NCBI GenBank assembly: GCA_964550855.1
Contig: CAZKBQ010000009.1
Coordinates: 6,009-70,008 of the forward strand
Reading direction: 5' to 3'
DNA length: 64,000 nt
From: an uncultured Anaerolineae bacterium
GTDB lineage: Bacteria > Chloroflexota > Anaerolineae > Fen-1058
Both the position numbers and the translations under genes were made by a program. The notes under the pieces were generated by a model that had not been told where the DNA came from, searched no databases, and saw only the letters and a program-made list of their open reading frames with translations. Of this stretch, positions 1 through 9,385 are shown piece after piece. Every line of letters begins with the position of its first letter. The first letter of the stretch is position 1.

Positions 1-1
1 G

Positions 2-283
2 GGCGCGGCGCAGGTGGAAGCCTATGAGTTTAGCGCGCCCGGCACGACCGGCCCTAAACGGCTGGACGTTTACTGGTACGAATGCCCATCCATCGCGATC
101 TCGCTGCCGTACCCGACGGACTGCACCGACTCGTCGGAGATCAAGATCAACGCCACGCGCGTGGCCCGGATCGACAAGCTGGGCAATCGAGTGATCATCA
201 ACGATCAGGACGACGGCGTCGCCGACGGCCGCATTCAGCTGACCATTCAATCGAGTCCGATCTACATCGACTATCAACCATGA
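2..283 (+). CDS. C-terminal end of an upstream gene (partial, unknown function)
   Basis: The frame is open from the window edge to TGA 281-283. The stop overlaps the next start (ATGA at 280-283), so this gene heads the same operon. The ~93 visible residues carry no motif I recognise. Confidence 0.45.
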   Translation, partial: GAAQVEAYEFSAPGTTGPKRLDVYWYECPSIAISLPYPTDCTDSSEIKINATRVARIDKLGNRVIINDQDDGVADGRIQLTIQSSPIYIDYQP

Positions 284-1899
284 ACCGACCGCCCGCCCGC
301 CCATGGCCCGCCATCGTAAACTTCAGTGCGGCGCTCGCCATGGTGCTGGGGCTGGGAATGGTCATTGCCGTCACGCTGCACTCCGCAGCCGCTGCTGGCC
401 CCGATCGCGCTCACCCGCCGATCGGGGCCGAGTTGTCTGCCGCCCCCCACAGCGTGGCGCTGCCCCTCATCGCCAGCGGCTTTCCGGGCTACGCCAACTG
501 TCGGCTGGGCGTGGGCGGCGTCATCAGCCCGGCTTACAACGTCGGCGCGCTCAACCTGGGCTGGACGATGGATTGGACGGCGCGGCTCAACCCGCCCGCG
601 CCCAACGGCGTCGATTACGTGCAGGTGGTGCGCATCGATTCCGACGAGACCAACGTCTATACTTTTACGCCGCCGCTGCCCGTCCTGTACCAGATTGCCG
701 ATCAAAACCCCGGCGCGATCTGGCTGCTGGGCAACGAACCCGACAGCCCCTTTCAAGATAATCTGCCGCCCGATCGGTATGCACAGGCCTATCACGATCT
801 GTATCACTGGCTGAAGCAGCGCGATCCAGCGGCACGCATTGGCGCGGGCAGCATCGTGCAACCCACCCCGATCCGGCTGCAATATCTCGATCGCGTCCTC
901 AGCGCCTACTGGCAGTTGTATGGTCAGGGCCTGCCCGCCGATGTGTGGAGCGTGCACTCGTACATCTTGCGCGAGATCGACGCCTCCGATCCACAGGCCT
1001 GCGCCGACGGCATCGACTGCCACGAGCCGCCCTATCTGTTGTGGGGCGCGTTCATGCCGCCCGGCTCGCTGCCTGCGGTCACGCGCGGCGTGCTGTACAC
1101 TTTCTCCAACATGTTCGATACCGCCATCTTCCTCCAGCGGCTGATCGATTTTCGGGTCTGGCTGCGCGATCGCGGCTACCGTGAAGTGCCTTTGTATATT
1201 ACCGAATTCGGCACACTGTTTCCCTATCCGCCCTTCATCGAAGGCGATCCGTACGTCGATGAATTCGGCGTGCCCATGACCCAGGCGCGCACGGCCGGTT
1301 TCATGACTCGCACCTTTGAGCTGCTGCGCACCGCCACCAATGCCGCCACCGGCCTGCCCGCCGACGACAACCGGCTGGTGCAGCGCTGGCTATGGTACAG
1401 CTTCGACGATCCCGGCTTCGGCGGCGCGCTGTATGATCGGAACACCGGCCAGCGCACCCTGCTGGGCAACACGTTGGCCGCTTACGCGCAGGCCATCACG
1501 CCGTCGATCGATCTGCTGGCCGTGCGCGCCGACGCCGATGCGGTGCAGCTGCCGATCGGTCAGACCACGGTGACAGGCACCGTCGCCGCGCTGATCGCCA
1601 ATTCCGGCAACATCTCAACCGGCGCGGCCATCACGGTGACGTTCCGCGCCGGATCGATCGCGCAGCCCGGGGCCGTCATCGGCGCGCCCGTCGTCCTCAC
1701 GCGCAGCCTGCCGGGCTGCGGCGAATCGCTGATCGTCACCGCAACCTGGCCTGACCTCACCGTCGGCGCACATCCCTTCCACTTTGTGATTACGACCGGC
1801 GCCGCCGAATCAAACACAGTGAACAACCAGTCACAGGGCACACTGCTCGTCGCCAGTCAACGCCTGATGCTGCCCGTCGTGGTGCGAACGCCGCGGTGA
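280..1899 (+). CDS. Secreted clan GH-A glycoside-hydrolase-like protein (glycosyl hydrolase catalytic core type) with C-terminal CARDB-like domain
   Basis: 539 aa from ATG 280; the ORF-track start at 82 would overlap the upstream gene. N-terminal signal anchor AIVNFSAALAMVLGLGMVIAV. TIM-barrel signatures WLLGNEPD (acid/base Glu) and LYITEFG (nucleophile Glu). C-terminal IANSGNISTG...ESNTVNN beta-sandwich. Colinear paralog of 5415-6914. Confidence 0.8.
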   Translation: MNRPPARPWPAIVNFSAALAMVLGLGMVIAVTLHSAAAAGPDRAHPPIGAELSAAPHSVALPLIASGFPGYANCRLGVGGVISPAYNVGALNLGWTMDWTARLNPPAPNGVDYVQVVRIDSDETNVYTFTPPLPVLYQIADQNPGAIWLLGNEPDSPFQDNLPPDRYAQAYHDLYHWLKQRDPAARIGAGSIVQPTPIRLQYLDRVLSAYWQLYGQGLPADVWSVHSYILREIDASDPQACADGIDCHEPPYLLWGAFMPPGSLPAVTRGVLYTFSNMFDTAIFLQRLIDFRVWLRDRGYREVPLYITEFGTLFPYPPFIEGDPYVDEFGVPMTQARTAGFMTRTFELLRTATNAATGLPADDNRLVQRWLWYSFDDPGFGGALYDRNTGQRTLLGNTLAAYAQAITPSIDLLAVRADADAVQLPIGQTTVTGTVAALIANSGNISTGAAITVTFRAGSIAQPGAVIGAPVVLTRSLPGCGESLIVTATWPDLTVGAHPFHFVITTGAAESNTVNNQSQGTLLVASQRLMLPVVVRTPR

Positions 1900-1903
1900 T
1901 CAC

Positions 1904-3460
1904 ATGGGGCTGATCAAGACGATCGGGCGGATTGAACGCCGCCGCCTGCCGGGGCTGATACTGGCCGCCGTTCTCGCGCTCAACATCTTCATCTCAGTGC
2001 GCTGGCTCGAACATGCCACAGTCGGCTGGGACGCGCTGGGTTACCGGATTGCGGCGCAGCAGATTGCGCGGGGCGAAGGGCCGCTGATCGCCAATCGGTT
2101 TAACGCGCAATTCGGCCCGTATTTCAGTTATGCGGCGTTCAACGTTCATCGCCCGCAGGAACCCGAACGGCTGTACCTCAACTATCCGCCAGGTTTTCCG
2201 CTGTTGCTGGCGCTGCCGCAGTGGCTGGGCTTGCCCGATGCCGTGGTGCTGCCGCTGATGAGCGCGCTCAACGTGCTGGCGACGTTTGCGCTGGGCAGCC
2301 TGCTGGTCGATCGCTGGACCGGGGTGCTGGGCGCAACCATCATCGGCCTGACGCCCGCGCACCTGGAATGGAGCACCTCGTTCTGGGCCGATCTGCCCGG
2401 AGCTGCGCTGGCGCTGACCGCGCTGACGATCTATCTGTATGCCGATCGGTGTTCGCGCGCCCGACAGGTTGTGTTGGGCCTTGCGGCCGGCCTGCTGGCG
2501 GCGGGGGCCTTCTTCATCAAGTACGCCTATGTCGTCATGCTGCTGCCGCTGTTGATCTACGCGCTCTACGCGCAGCGGTGGAGCATCTTTAAGCGGCCGG
2601 TTAACTGGGCCTTTGGGGCGACGGCGGCGCTGGGTCTGTTGGGATTGGCGGCTTACAATCAATGGCTGTTTGGCGGGCCGTTTAACACTTACTACACCTC
2701 GCCTTCGGCGGGCTTTGGCTTTCCGCAGATGAGCTTGAGCTACGCGCTGGGGCCCAGCCCGGCCGGCGGCTATTCGCTGCCGGCGGCGCTGGAAACGCTG
2801 TGGTTCAACTTCGGGTGGATACTTATCCTAAGCGCGCTGGGACTGCGCGTCGTGCGCGGTGCGTCGCGCCTGCTGCTGGTGTCGTACGCGCTGGCCTTTG
2901 TGGCGCTGGCCAGCGTGTTTGCCTGGGCGCCGCGCAACGAAGACACGCGCTATCTGGTGGCTGCCTTCGCGCCGATCGCGCTGTTGGCGGCGGCCGGTCT
3001 GCGCCGGCTGGCGCCGTCAGCCGGGGCATGGCGCAAACCACTGTTCGGCGTTATCATTGCGGCGCTGGGTGTGACGCTGCTGGCGTCGCTGTGGACGACA
3101 CTGCCCCGACTGTCGGCGCGCAATGCGGGCAGCGCGCAGGTGCTGGCCTTGGCGCGCGCGCAAGTCAGCGGCAGTGAGCCGGATGCGGTTTTTCTGGCCT
3201 ATCTCTGGAACGACCCGATCGGGCACGCGGGCCAACGCACGACCCTGTTTTACCGCCGCATCCTGGGCGCGGACGACCGGTTTGAGCAGCAGCTGGTCGA
3301 GGTAGTGAACGGTCTGCTGGCCGAGGGCACGCCGGTGTACTACGTGGCAGATCGCGTGCCGCCGCTGCGCGACAGCCTGGCCATCTTGCAGCGCCATTTT
3401 GAGGTGCGGGTCTGGAAGCCCGCGCCGCTGGCCGTGTTTCGCGTCACCCCCAAATCATAA
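1904..3460 (+). CDS. GT-C fold integral-membrane glycosyltransferase (GT39 / ArnT / PMT_2-like)
   Basis: 518 aa with about a dozen hydrophobic helices. ATG lies 4 nt after the previous stop. It has an acidic first loop (GWDALGY), an NYPPGFPLLLALP segment and a soluble C-terminal domain, as in polyprenyl-phosphate-sugar dependent transferases. Confidence 0.8.
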   Translation: MGLIKTIGRIERRRLPGLILAAVLALNIFISVRWLEHATVGWDALGYRIAAQQIARGEGPLIANRFNAQFGPYFSYAAFNVHRPQEPERLYLNYPPGFPLLLALPQWLGLPDAVVLPLMSALNVLATFALGSLLVDRWTGVLGATIIGLTPAHLEWSTSFWADLPGAALALTALTIYLYADRCSRARQVVLGLAAGLLAAGAFFIKYAYVVMLLPLLIYALYAQRWSIFKRPVNWAFGATAALGLLGLAAYNQWLFGGPFNTYYTSPSAGFGFPQMSLSYALGPSPAGGYSLPAALETLWFNFGWILILSALGLRVVRGASRLLLVSYALAFVALASVFAWAPRNEDTRYLVAAFAPIALLAAAGLRRLAPSAGAWRKPLFGVIIAALGVTLLASLWTTLPRLSARNAGSAQVLALARAQVSGSEPDAVFLAYLWNDPIGHAGQRTTLFYRRILGADDRFEQQLVEVVNGLLAEGTPVYYVADRVPPLRDSLAILQRHFEVRVWKPAPLAVFRVTPKS

Positions 3461-3478
3461 GGCAGTCCAGACAGCCGC

Positions 3479-4630
3479 ATGCCCGCCACCCGCCCCGAAC
3501 TTTCGGTCATCATGCCGTGCCTCAACGAAGCCGACACGATCGGCGAGTGCGTGGCGCGCGCCCGGCGGGCGATTGAACAGCTTGGCATCGATGCGGAAGT
3601 GGTGGTGGTGGACAACGGCTCCACCGACGGCTCACCTGAGCTGGCCGCCGCGCACGGCGCGCGGGTCATCCATCAACCGGTGCGCGGTTATGGCAGCGCC
3701 TATCTCAAAGGGCTGGCCGAAACGTGCAGTCCGTATATTATCATGGCCGATTCGGACAACACCTACGATCTGAGTGAAATCGGCCGCTTTCTCGAACCGC
3801 TGCGTGGCGGCTGCGATCTGGTGATGGGCTCGCGCTTCAAGGGCACCATCCTGCCGGGCGCGATGCCGTGGCTGCATCGCTACCTCGGCAACCCCGTGCT
3901 GACCGGCCTGCTCAATCGCCTCTTTCACACGCACGTCTCCGACGCGCACTGCGGCCTGCGCGGCCTGACGCGCGCCGCCGCCGAGCGGATGCAGCTGCGC
4001 ACGCTGGGCATGGAGTTCGCCTCGGAGATGGTGATCCGCGCCGCGCAGGAAAAGATGCAGATTACCGAGGTGCCCATCACTTACTATCCCCGCGTCGGCC
4101 AATCCAAACTGCGCTCGCTGTCCGACGGCTGGCGGCACCTGCGCTTCATGCTGCTCTATAGTCCCACTTATCTGCTGCTGGCGCCGGGCGCCGTGATGTG
4201 GTGGCTGGGCATGCTCATCGTGCTGGTGCTGCTGCCCGGGCCGCTGCCGGTGGGCGGCCACGCCTATGATATTCACTTTATGATCCTGGGCGCGTCGCTG
4301 GCGCTGCTCGGCTTTCAGGTGTTCAGCCTGGGCCTGTACGCCCGGACCTACGCCATTACCGAGCACTTCGATCGGCGCGACACCTTTCTGGACTGGTTCT
4401 GGCGGCATTTTTCGCTGGAAAAAGGCCTGATCATCGGCTCAGTATTATTCCTGATCGGGCTGGCCGTGGACGGCTACATCCTGCTACAGTGGATCACCCG
4501 CGACTTTGGGCCGCTGTACGAGGTGCGCACGGCCATCGCCGCCATGGTGCTGCTGGTGCTGGGCGCGCAGACGATCTTCGCGTCGTTCTTCCTGAGCATG
4601 CTGGGCATCCGCCGGATCGATCAAGCATGA
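3479..4630 (+). CDS. GT2 polyprenyl-phosphate glycosyltransferase (DPM1 / GtrB / ArnC-like) with C-terminal TM helices
   Basis: 383 aa. GT-A signatures LSVIMPCLNEA, VVVDNGSTDGS and DSDNTYD (DxD). Four hydrophobic helices follow residue ~230. Confidence 0.9.
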   Translation: MPATRPELSVIMPCLNEADTIGECVARARRAIEQLGIDAEVVVVDNGSTDGSPELAAAHGARVIHQPVRGYGSAYLKGLAETCSPYIIMADSDNTYDLSEIGRFLEPLRGGCDLVMGSRFKGTILPGAMPWLHRYLGNPVLTGLLNRLFHTHVSDAHCGLRGLTRAAAERMQLRTLGMEFASEMVIRAAQEKMQITEVPITYYPRVGQSKLRSLSDGWRHLRFMLLYSPTYLLLAPGAVMWWLGMLIVLVLLPGPLPVGGHAYDIHFMILGASLALLGFQVFSLGLYARTYAITEHFDRRDTFLDWFWRHFSLEKGLIIGSVLFLIGLAVDGYILLQWITRDFGPLYEVRTAIAAMVLLVLGAQTIFASFFLSMLGIRRIDQA

Positions 4631-5400
4631 CCGAGTTCGATCGCGGTTCGGAACGCGGTTACTACGATTCATTTTTCGACAGCCCGGAGGCACGGGCGCT
4701 CGATCGGGGAACGGGCTTTCGGGCGCTGCGCGCCGCGCAGGCGCAGTTCATCGCACACCAGCTTCGCGCGTTGACGAGCGCGCAGACGATTTTAAGCGTC
4801 GGCTGCGGCAACGGCGCCATTGAACAACACCTGATCGATCCGCGCTGGCGGCTGTATGCGTTCGATCTGTCCTTCGCCGGGCCGGCGCTGGGCCGGCGAC
4901 AGGTTCAGGCGCACGGGCGGGCCGGTCTGAGCTTCGCGCAGGCGGCCATCGCGCCGCTGCCCGTGCGGGACGATCAGTTCGACGGGGTGCTGGCCTTGAG
5001 CGTGCTGCATCACCTGACCGCTGCCGGGCGCGAGCGAGCCTTGCGTGAAGCGCATCGCGTGCTGCGCCCCGGCGGCTGGTTCATCGCCTACGATCCCAGT
5101 CGCTGGCGGGCGCTGCGCCTCGTCAAGTGGCTGGTGCGGCGGCGATATGATCTGATGCACAGCCCTGATGAAGAGGAACTCAATCCGCGCGAGATGCAGC
5201 AGTTGGCCGCACACTGCGGTTTCGCCCCGGCTCGATTGATCTTCTTTGACCATTTCGTCGATCCGTTGACGTGGCTGTTTCCGGCCATGCCGCCGGGGTT
5301 GTTCCGGGTATTGTACCGGCTCGATCGAATTCTGGTGCGACTGCCGGGCCGGCAGCTGGCGTCCAATTTTTTCTTGATCGCCCGGAAGCCAGTTTCCTGA
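4627..5400 (+). CDS. Class I SAM-dependent methyltransferase
   Basis: ATG 4627 overlaps the GT2 stop (ATGA); the ORF-track start at 4489 lies inside the GT2 gene. Motif I ILSVGCGNG, post-I YAFDLS, and VLRPGGWFIAYDP (Methyltransf_11-like). Confidence 0.85.
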   Translation: MTEFDRGSERGYYDSFFDSPEARALDRGTGFRALRAAQAQFIAHQLRALTSAQTILSVGCGNGAIEQHLIDPRWRLYAFDLSFAGPALGRRQVQAHGRAGLSFAQAAIAPLPVRDDQFDGVLALSVLHHLTAAGRERALREAHRVLRPGGWFIAYDPSRWRALRLVKWLVRRRYDLMHSPDEEELNPREMQQLAAHCGFAPARLIFFDHFVDPLTWLFPAMPPGLFRVLYRLDRILVRLPGRQLASNFFLIARKPVS

Positions 5401-5414
5401 TTGCGAGGCTGCCT

Positions 5415-6914
5415 GTGATCGATCGCACTCGCTGGTTGATACTGGGGCTGGTGCTGGCCCTGGGCGCGGCGCTGCTGACAGCGGCGCTGGCCTCGACCGC
5501 CGCACCAGCCGATCGGGCGGCGGCCGCGCCGCGTTCCGACGATTTTGCCAACTGCCGGTTTGGCGTGGGCGTGGCGCGCAACTCGATCAGTGTTTATCCT
5601 TATACGGCCACGCGCGCCGGCTTCTACGTCAACTGGCTGGCCGCCGACGGGGCCGCGCCGGGCCTGTCGTTCTTCGCCACCATCCGCCTGCGGCAGGTGG
5701 TGTCCAATGGCGTGTACCTGCCGCAATACGTCATCTCGCCCACGCTCGATTTTGCGCCGGGCGGGCTGGGGCCGCTGGTGCTGGCCAATCCGGGCCGCCT
5801 GTGGCTGGTGGGCAACGAAATGGATCGTCCGTACTATCAGGACGAAATGCTGCCGGACATGTACGCGCAGGCCTACCACGACGCGTACACCTTCATCAAA
5901 GGGTTGGATGCCACCGCCCGGGTCGGCATCGGCGGCGTGATCCAGCCCACCCCGGTGCGACTGCAGTATCTCGATCAGATCCTCGACGCCTACCGGCGCA
6001 AGTTCGGCGGCCGCCTGCCCGTCGATGTGTGGAACACGCACCTGTACATTTTGCAGGAGACGCGGCTGTCATGGGGGGCCGGCATCCCGCCCGGCATCGA
6101 TCTGATCACCGGCACGCTGTACACCATTCCGCAGAGCGTGGACGCCGTCGTCTTCGCCGGTCTCATCCGCGATCTGCGCGGCTGGCTGAAGGCGCGCGGC
6201 TATCAGTACACGCCCTTAATCGTCACCGAGTACGGCCTGCTGTTTCCGCTGGACATCCTGGAGAGCCAGGGCGTGACCCTGGCGCAGATGAAACAGTTCT
6301 TGAGCAACGTCATCCACTACATGAACACGGCCTGGGACGCCGAGCTGGGTGATCCGGCCGACAACTACCGGCTGGTGCAGCAGGCCGCCATCTACAGCCT
6401 GGATGATGATTCCACCGACGACCAGGGTTTCTACCGCTGGGGCAGCTTCCTTCACCAGTCGTCGCCGCCCTACACGCAGACCGCCATCGGCGCGCACTAC
6501 AACAACGTGCTGGCCGCGCTGCCCGCGCAGGTCGATTTGATCGCCATGCACGCGCAGGCTGACCCCGGCGCGCTGATTGTGCAACCCGGCGAAACGATCT
6601 CGACTGTGGTCAGCGTCCGGATCGGCAACGGTGGCAACACGCCGTTCAACGCGCCCGTCGTGGTGCGCTTCCGCGAGGTGACGGGCGGGCAGATCGGCGG
6701 AACATGGGAGGCCAGCCTGTCGCCGATGGGCGGCTGCGGACAGACGCGCGAGGTCAGCTTCACGTGGCCCAACCTGGCGATCGGCGCGCACACCGTGCAG
6801 ATAGAAGTGAATCCCGATCGCCACCTTGAAGAGACCAACTATCAGAACAACGCCCTGACACTCACTCTGGTAGCCGGGCCGCACGCGTTCTATCTGCCCG
6901 CGCAGGCACGCTGA
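5415..6914 (+). CDS. Secreted clan GH-A glycoside-hydrolase-like protein with C-terminal CARDB-like domain (paralog of 280-1899)
   Basis: GTG 5415 is the first start after the methyltransferase stop (start uncertain; CTG 5397 is possible). Signal anchor WLILGLVLALGAALLTAAL. WLVGNEMD and LIVTEYG catalytic-Glu motifs. Shared ANCRFGVG and QPTPVRLQYLD blocks. C-terminal IGNGGNTPF...ETNYQNN CARDB. Confidence 0.8.
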   Translation: MIDRTRWLILGLVLALGAALLTAALASTAAPADRAAAAPRSDDFANCRFGVGVARNSISVYPYTATRAGFYVNWLAADGAAPGLSFFATIRLRQVVSNGVYLPQYVISPTLDFAPGGLGPLVLANPGRLWLVGNEMDRPYYQDEMLPDMYAQAYHDAYTFIKGLDATARVGIGGVIQPTPVRLQYLDQILDAYRRKFGGRLPVDVWNTHLYILQETRLSWGAGIPPGIDLITGTLYTIPQSVDAVVFAGLIRDLRGWLKARGYQYTPLIVTEYGLLFPLDILESQGVTLAQMKQFLSNVIHYMNTAWDAELGDPADNYRLVQQAAIYSLDDDSTDDQGFYRWGSFLHQSSPPYTQTAIGAHYNNVLAALPAQVDLIAMHAQADPGALIVQPGETISTVVSVRIGNGGNTPFNAPVVVRFREVTGGQIGGTWEASLSPMGGCGQTREVSFTWPNLAIGAHTVQIEVNPDRHLEETNYQNNALTLTLVAGPHAFYLPAQAR

Positions 6915-6929
6915 GCGTGATCACACAAA

Positions 6930-6960
6930 CGCCCGGCCGCTGAAGGTCAGCGGCCGGGCG
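6930..6960. terminator. Hairpin terminator between convergent genes
   Basis: 14-bp perfect stem CGCCCGGCCGCTGA / TCAGCGGCCGGGCG with a 3-nt loop. On the minus strand it is followed by TTTGTGTG. It sits between the stop at 6914 (+) and the stop at 6982 (-). Confidence 0.65.
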
Positions 6961-6981
6961 AAGTCTCATCGCAGCGTTGGG

Positions 6982-7503
6982 CTACAGGCGGATGTACCGC
7001 TTCCACTCCGGGCGAATGTCCGACGACAGGATCAGGTAGTTGGTGCGCGGCATCTTCGGCTCAAAATTGGGATTGTGAAAGCGCATGCCCGCTTCGTGCA
7101 TGGAGCGGCCACCCTTGCGCTGCTGGCAGCGCGGGCAGCTGGCCACCGTGTTGCTCCACGTATTGGGCGGGATATTTTTGGCGCGGCACTCCCACTGCGG
7201 GATCACGTGATCGATGGTAGCCTCGCGCGGGGCCAAGTGCTTGCCGCAATACTGGCACACGTGATGATCGCGCGCCAGCACGCCGCGCCGGCTCCAGCCT
7301 ACGCCGCGCCGCGGCACGTTGACGTAGTACCGCAGCCGCAGGACGCTGGGCATGGGTTGCCGCGTGCTCTTGGAGCGCAGCTCGCGCCCCGGCACCGCTT
7401 CGATCAGGTCCACTTTGCCGTCCATCAACAGCCCAATGGCGCGGCTCAACTTGACGACGGCCAGCGGCTCAAATGAGGCATTGAGAAGCAGCACGCTCGA
7501 CAT
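6982..7503 (-). CDS. HNH endonuclease family protein
   Basis: 173 aa from ATG 7503 (MSSVLLLNASFEPL...). DHHVCQYCG...IDHVIP...CPRCQQRKG gives the HNH His-Asn-His core flanked by two Cys pairs. The longer 241-aa form adds a non-conserved leader. Confidence 0.85.
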   Translation of the reverse strand: MSSVLLLNASFEPLAVVKLSRAIGLLMDGKVDLIEAVPGRELRSKSTRQPMPSVLRLRYYVNVPRRGVGWSRRGVLARDHHVCQYCGKHLAPREATIDHVIPQWECRAKNIPPNTWSNTVASCPRCQQRKGGRSMHEAGMRFHNPNFEPKMPRTNYLILSSDIRPEWKRYIRL

Positions 7504-7621
7504 GGTGCATCGATCCTGATGATACCCGCCCGCTTCAAAATCCGTGTTAAGGTCGAATGATCCTTTCTTTACAAACGTGAAGTATAGCAGAAGAATGCCC
7601 GATCCCAAAATTCCGATCCGG

Positions 7622-7650
7622 TTGACGCGGGCTGCGTCACGCGGTACACT
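7622..7650 (+). promoter_or_regulatory. Candidate sigma-70 promoter for the peptidase gene
   Basis: TTGACG (7622-7627), 17-nt spacer, TACACT (7645-7650). AAGGAG RBS at 7678-7683, 6 nt before GTG 7690. Confidence 0.45.
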
Positions 7651-7689
7651 TGCCGGGCCGATTGAGCCGCTTGCCCCAAGGAGACCCGC

Positions 7690-9282
7690 GTGACTCACCC
7701 GTTGCAAACGTTCATCGACGATTACACGGCCCAGTTGGCCCCCCTGCTCACCGCGCGCAACCTGGCCTCGTGGCGGTTCTCCACGCAGGGCGACGCAACC
7801 GCACAGGCCGAATATGCCCGCCTCAGCACCGAGCTACGCCTGCTGCACGCCGACGCCGACCGCTTCGCGCGGCTCAAGGCGCTCTCGGCATCGCCCAGCG
7901 GCGACGCGCTGCTGGACCGGCAGGCGCAGTTGGCTCGTTACAGCTTCCAGTCGCAGCAGATGCCGCGCGATCTGATCGAGCAGATCGTGGCGCTGGAGAC
8001 GGAGATCGAGGCCGAGTTCAACGCCTATCGCGGCGTCATCGACGGACGCACCTACACCGACAACGAACTCAAGGCCCTGCTGCGCGACTCCAACGATGTG
8101 GCCCTGCGGCGGGCGGCCTGGGAAGCCAGCAAGCAGATCGGCGCGCAGGTGGCCGGGCGCGTGTTGAAGACAGTGGCCCTGCGTAATCAGGCCGCCCGCG
8201 CCATGGGCTTCGACAACTTCTACACCATGAGCCTGGCATTACAGGAGTTGGACGAAGCGCAGTTGTTCGATCTGTTTGATCGTCTGGAGCAGCTGACCCG
8301 CCCCTTGTTTGCCGCTTACAAAGCCGATCTCGATCGCCGGTTGGCCGATCGGTTTGGAATCCAACCCGATCGGCTGCGCCCCTGGCACTACGCCGATCCG
8401 TTCTTCCAGGAAGTGCCCGCCGATCCCGAACTCGACCTCGATCGCTTCTACGCGGATCAAGACGTGGTGGCGCTGACGCAGCAGTTCTATCAGGCCATCG
8501 GCCTGCCCATCGAAGACATCATCGCGCGCAGCGATTTGTACGAGCGGCCCGGCAAGTACCAACACGCCTATTGCGAAGACATGGATCGAGCGGGCGACGT
8601 GCGAGTCGTGTGCAACGTGCAGCCCAACGAATACTGGCTCAGCACGATGCTGCACGAGTACGGGCATGCCGTATACTTCAAGTATCTGGACTCGACGCTG
8701 CCGTTTTTACTGCGCGATCCCGCGCACACACTGAGCACCGAAGCGGTGGCGATGTTAATGGGCCGCCTCAGCGCCAACGGCGACTGGCTCAAGCGCTACG
8801 TCGGCGCGGCACCCGGTGAGATCGCGCAACTCGAAGGCCGCCTCGCCGCGCAGCAGCACGCCTCGCTGCTGGTCTTTACGCGCTGGGCGTTGACGATGTG
8901 CCACTTCGAGCGCGAACTGTATCGCGATCCACAGCAGGACTTGAACACGTCGTGGTGGAACCTTGTCGAAAAGTACCAGCTGGTCAGGCGCCCCGACGAT
9001 CGCCGCGCGCCCGATTGGGCCGCCAAAATTCATCTGGCGTGCTACCCGGCATATTATCAAAACTACATGCTGGGCGAGATGACGGCCTCGCAGCTGCTGG
9101 AATACATCACGCAGCGCGTGCTGAACGGCGAACGTGCGCGCTTTGTGGACAGCCCGCAAGTAGGCACGTATTTGAAAGAACGCTTCTTTCAGTTGGGCGC
9201 GCGCTTCGATTGGAACGGCGCGTTGAAAGCGGCCACCGGTGAAGAATTAAAGCCGGAGTATTTTGCCAGGCACCTGTCGTGA
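7690..9282 (+). CDS. Gluzincin zinc metallopeptidase (M2/M3-like peptidyl-dipeptidase / oligoendopeptidase)
   Basis: 530 aa with a GTG start behind a strong RBS. HEYGHAVY (HExxH) is followed about 25 aa later by STEAVAM (third-ligand Glu). The overall helical composition is typical of M2/M3 enzymes. Confidence 0.85.
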   Translation: MTHPLQTFIDDYTAQLAPLLTARNLASWRFSTQGDATAQAEYARLSTELRLLHADADRFARLKALSASPSGDALLDRQAQLARYSFQSQQMPRDLIEQIVALETEIEAEFNAYRGVIDGRTYTDNELKALLRDSNDVALRRAAWEASKQIGAQVAGRVLKTVALRNQAARAMGFDNFYTMSLALQELDEAQLFDLFDRLEQLTRPLFAAYKADLDRRLADRFGIQPDRLRPWHYADPFFQEVPADPELDLDRFYADQDVVALTQQFYQAIGLPIEDIIARSDLYERPGKYQHAYCEDMDRAGDVRVVCNVQPNEYWLSTMLHEYGHAVYFKYLDSTLPFLLRDPAHTLSTEAVAMLMGRLSANGDWLKRYVGAAPGEIAQLEGRLAAQQHASLLVFTRWALTMCHFERELYRDPQQDLNTSWWNLVEKYQLVRRPDDRRAPDWAAKIHLACYPAYYQNYMLGEMTASQLLEYITQRVLNGERARFVDSPQVGTYLKERFFQLGARFDWNGALKAATGEELKPEYFARHLS

Positions 9283-9373
9283 CGAGTAACGAGCAATGAG
9301 TAACGACTAACTCCGGGCTACTCATTACTCATTACTCGTTACTCATTAACATTACTCGTCACCCATTACTCAC
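9283..9373. repeat. Inverted heptanucleotide-repeat element (GAGTAAC x4 / TTACTCR x8)
   Basis: CGAGTAAC GAGCAAT GAGTAAC GACTAAC, then the loop TCCGGG, then CTACTCA TTACTCA TTACTCG TTACTCA TTAACA TTACTCG TCACCCA TTACTCA. It is AT-rich relative to its flanks and fills the spacer between the peptidase stop and the crotonase RBS. Confidence 0.85.
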
Positions 9374-9385
9374 GATGGAGCCCAC

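Noticed and set aside
6982-7503. HNH endonuclease as evidence for a mobile element, homing intron or restriction/defence island
   Set aside because: It is a stand-alone 173-aa gene with its own promoter and terminator. It is flanked by housekeeping-type genes. No methylase, integrase, repeats or compositional break lies nearby.
9283-9373. Possibility that the tandem short repeats (here and at 10180, 10922, 17779, 20781, 44554) are CRISPR arrays
   Set aside because: The units are 7 nt, directly abutting with no unique spacers, and arranged as inverted blocks. No cas genes are present. They are reported as heptamer-repeat elements instead.
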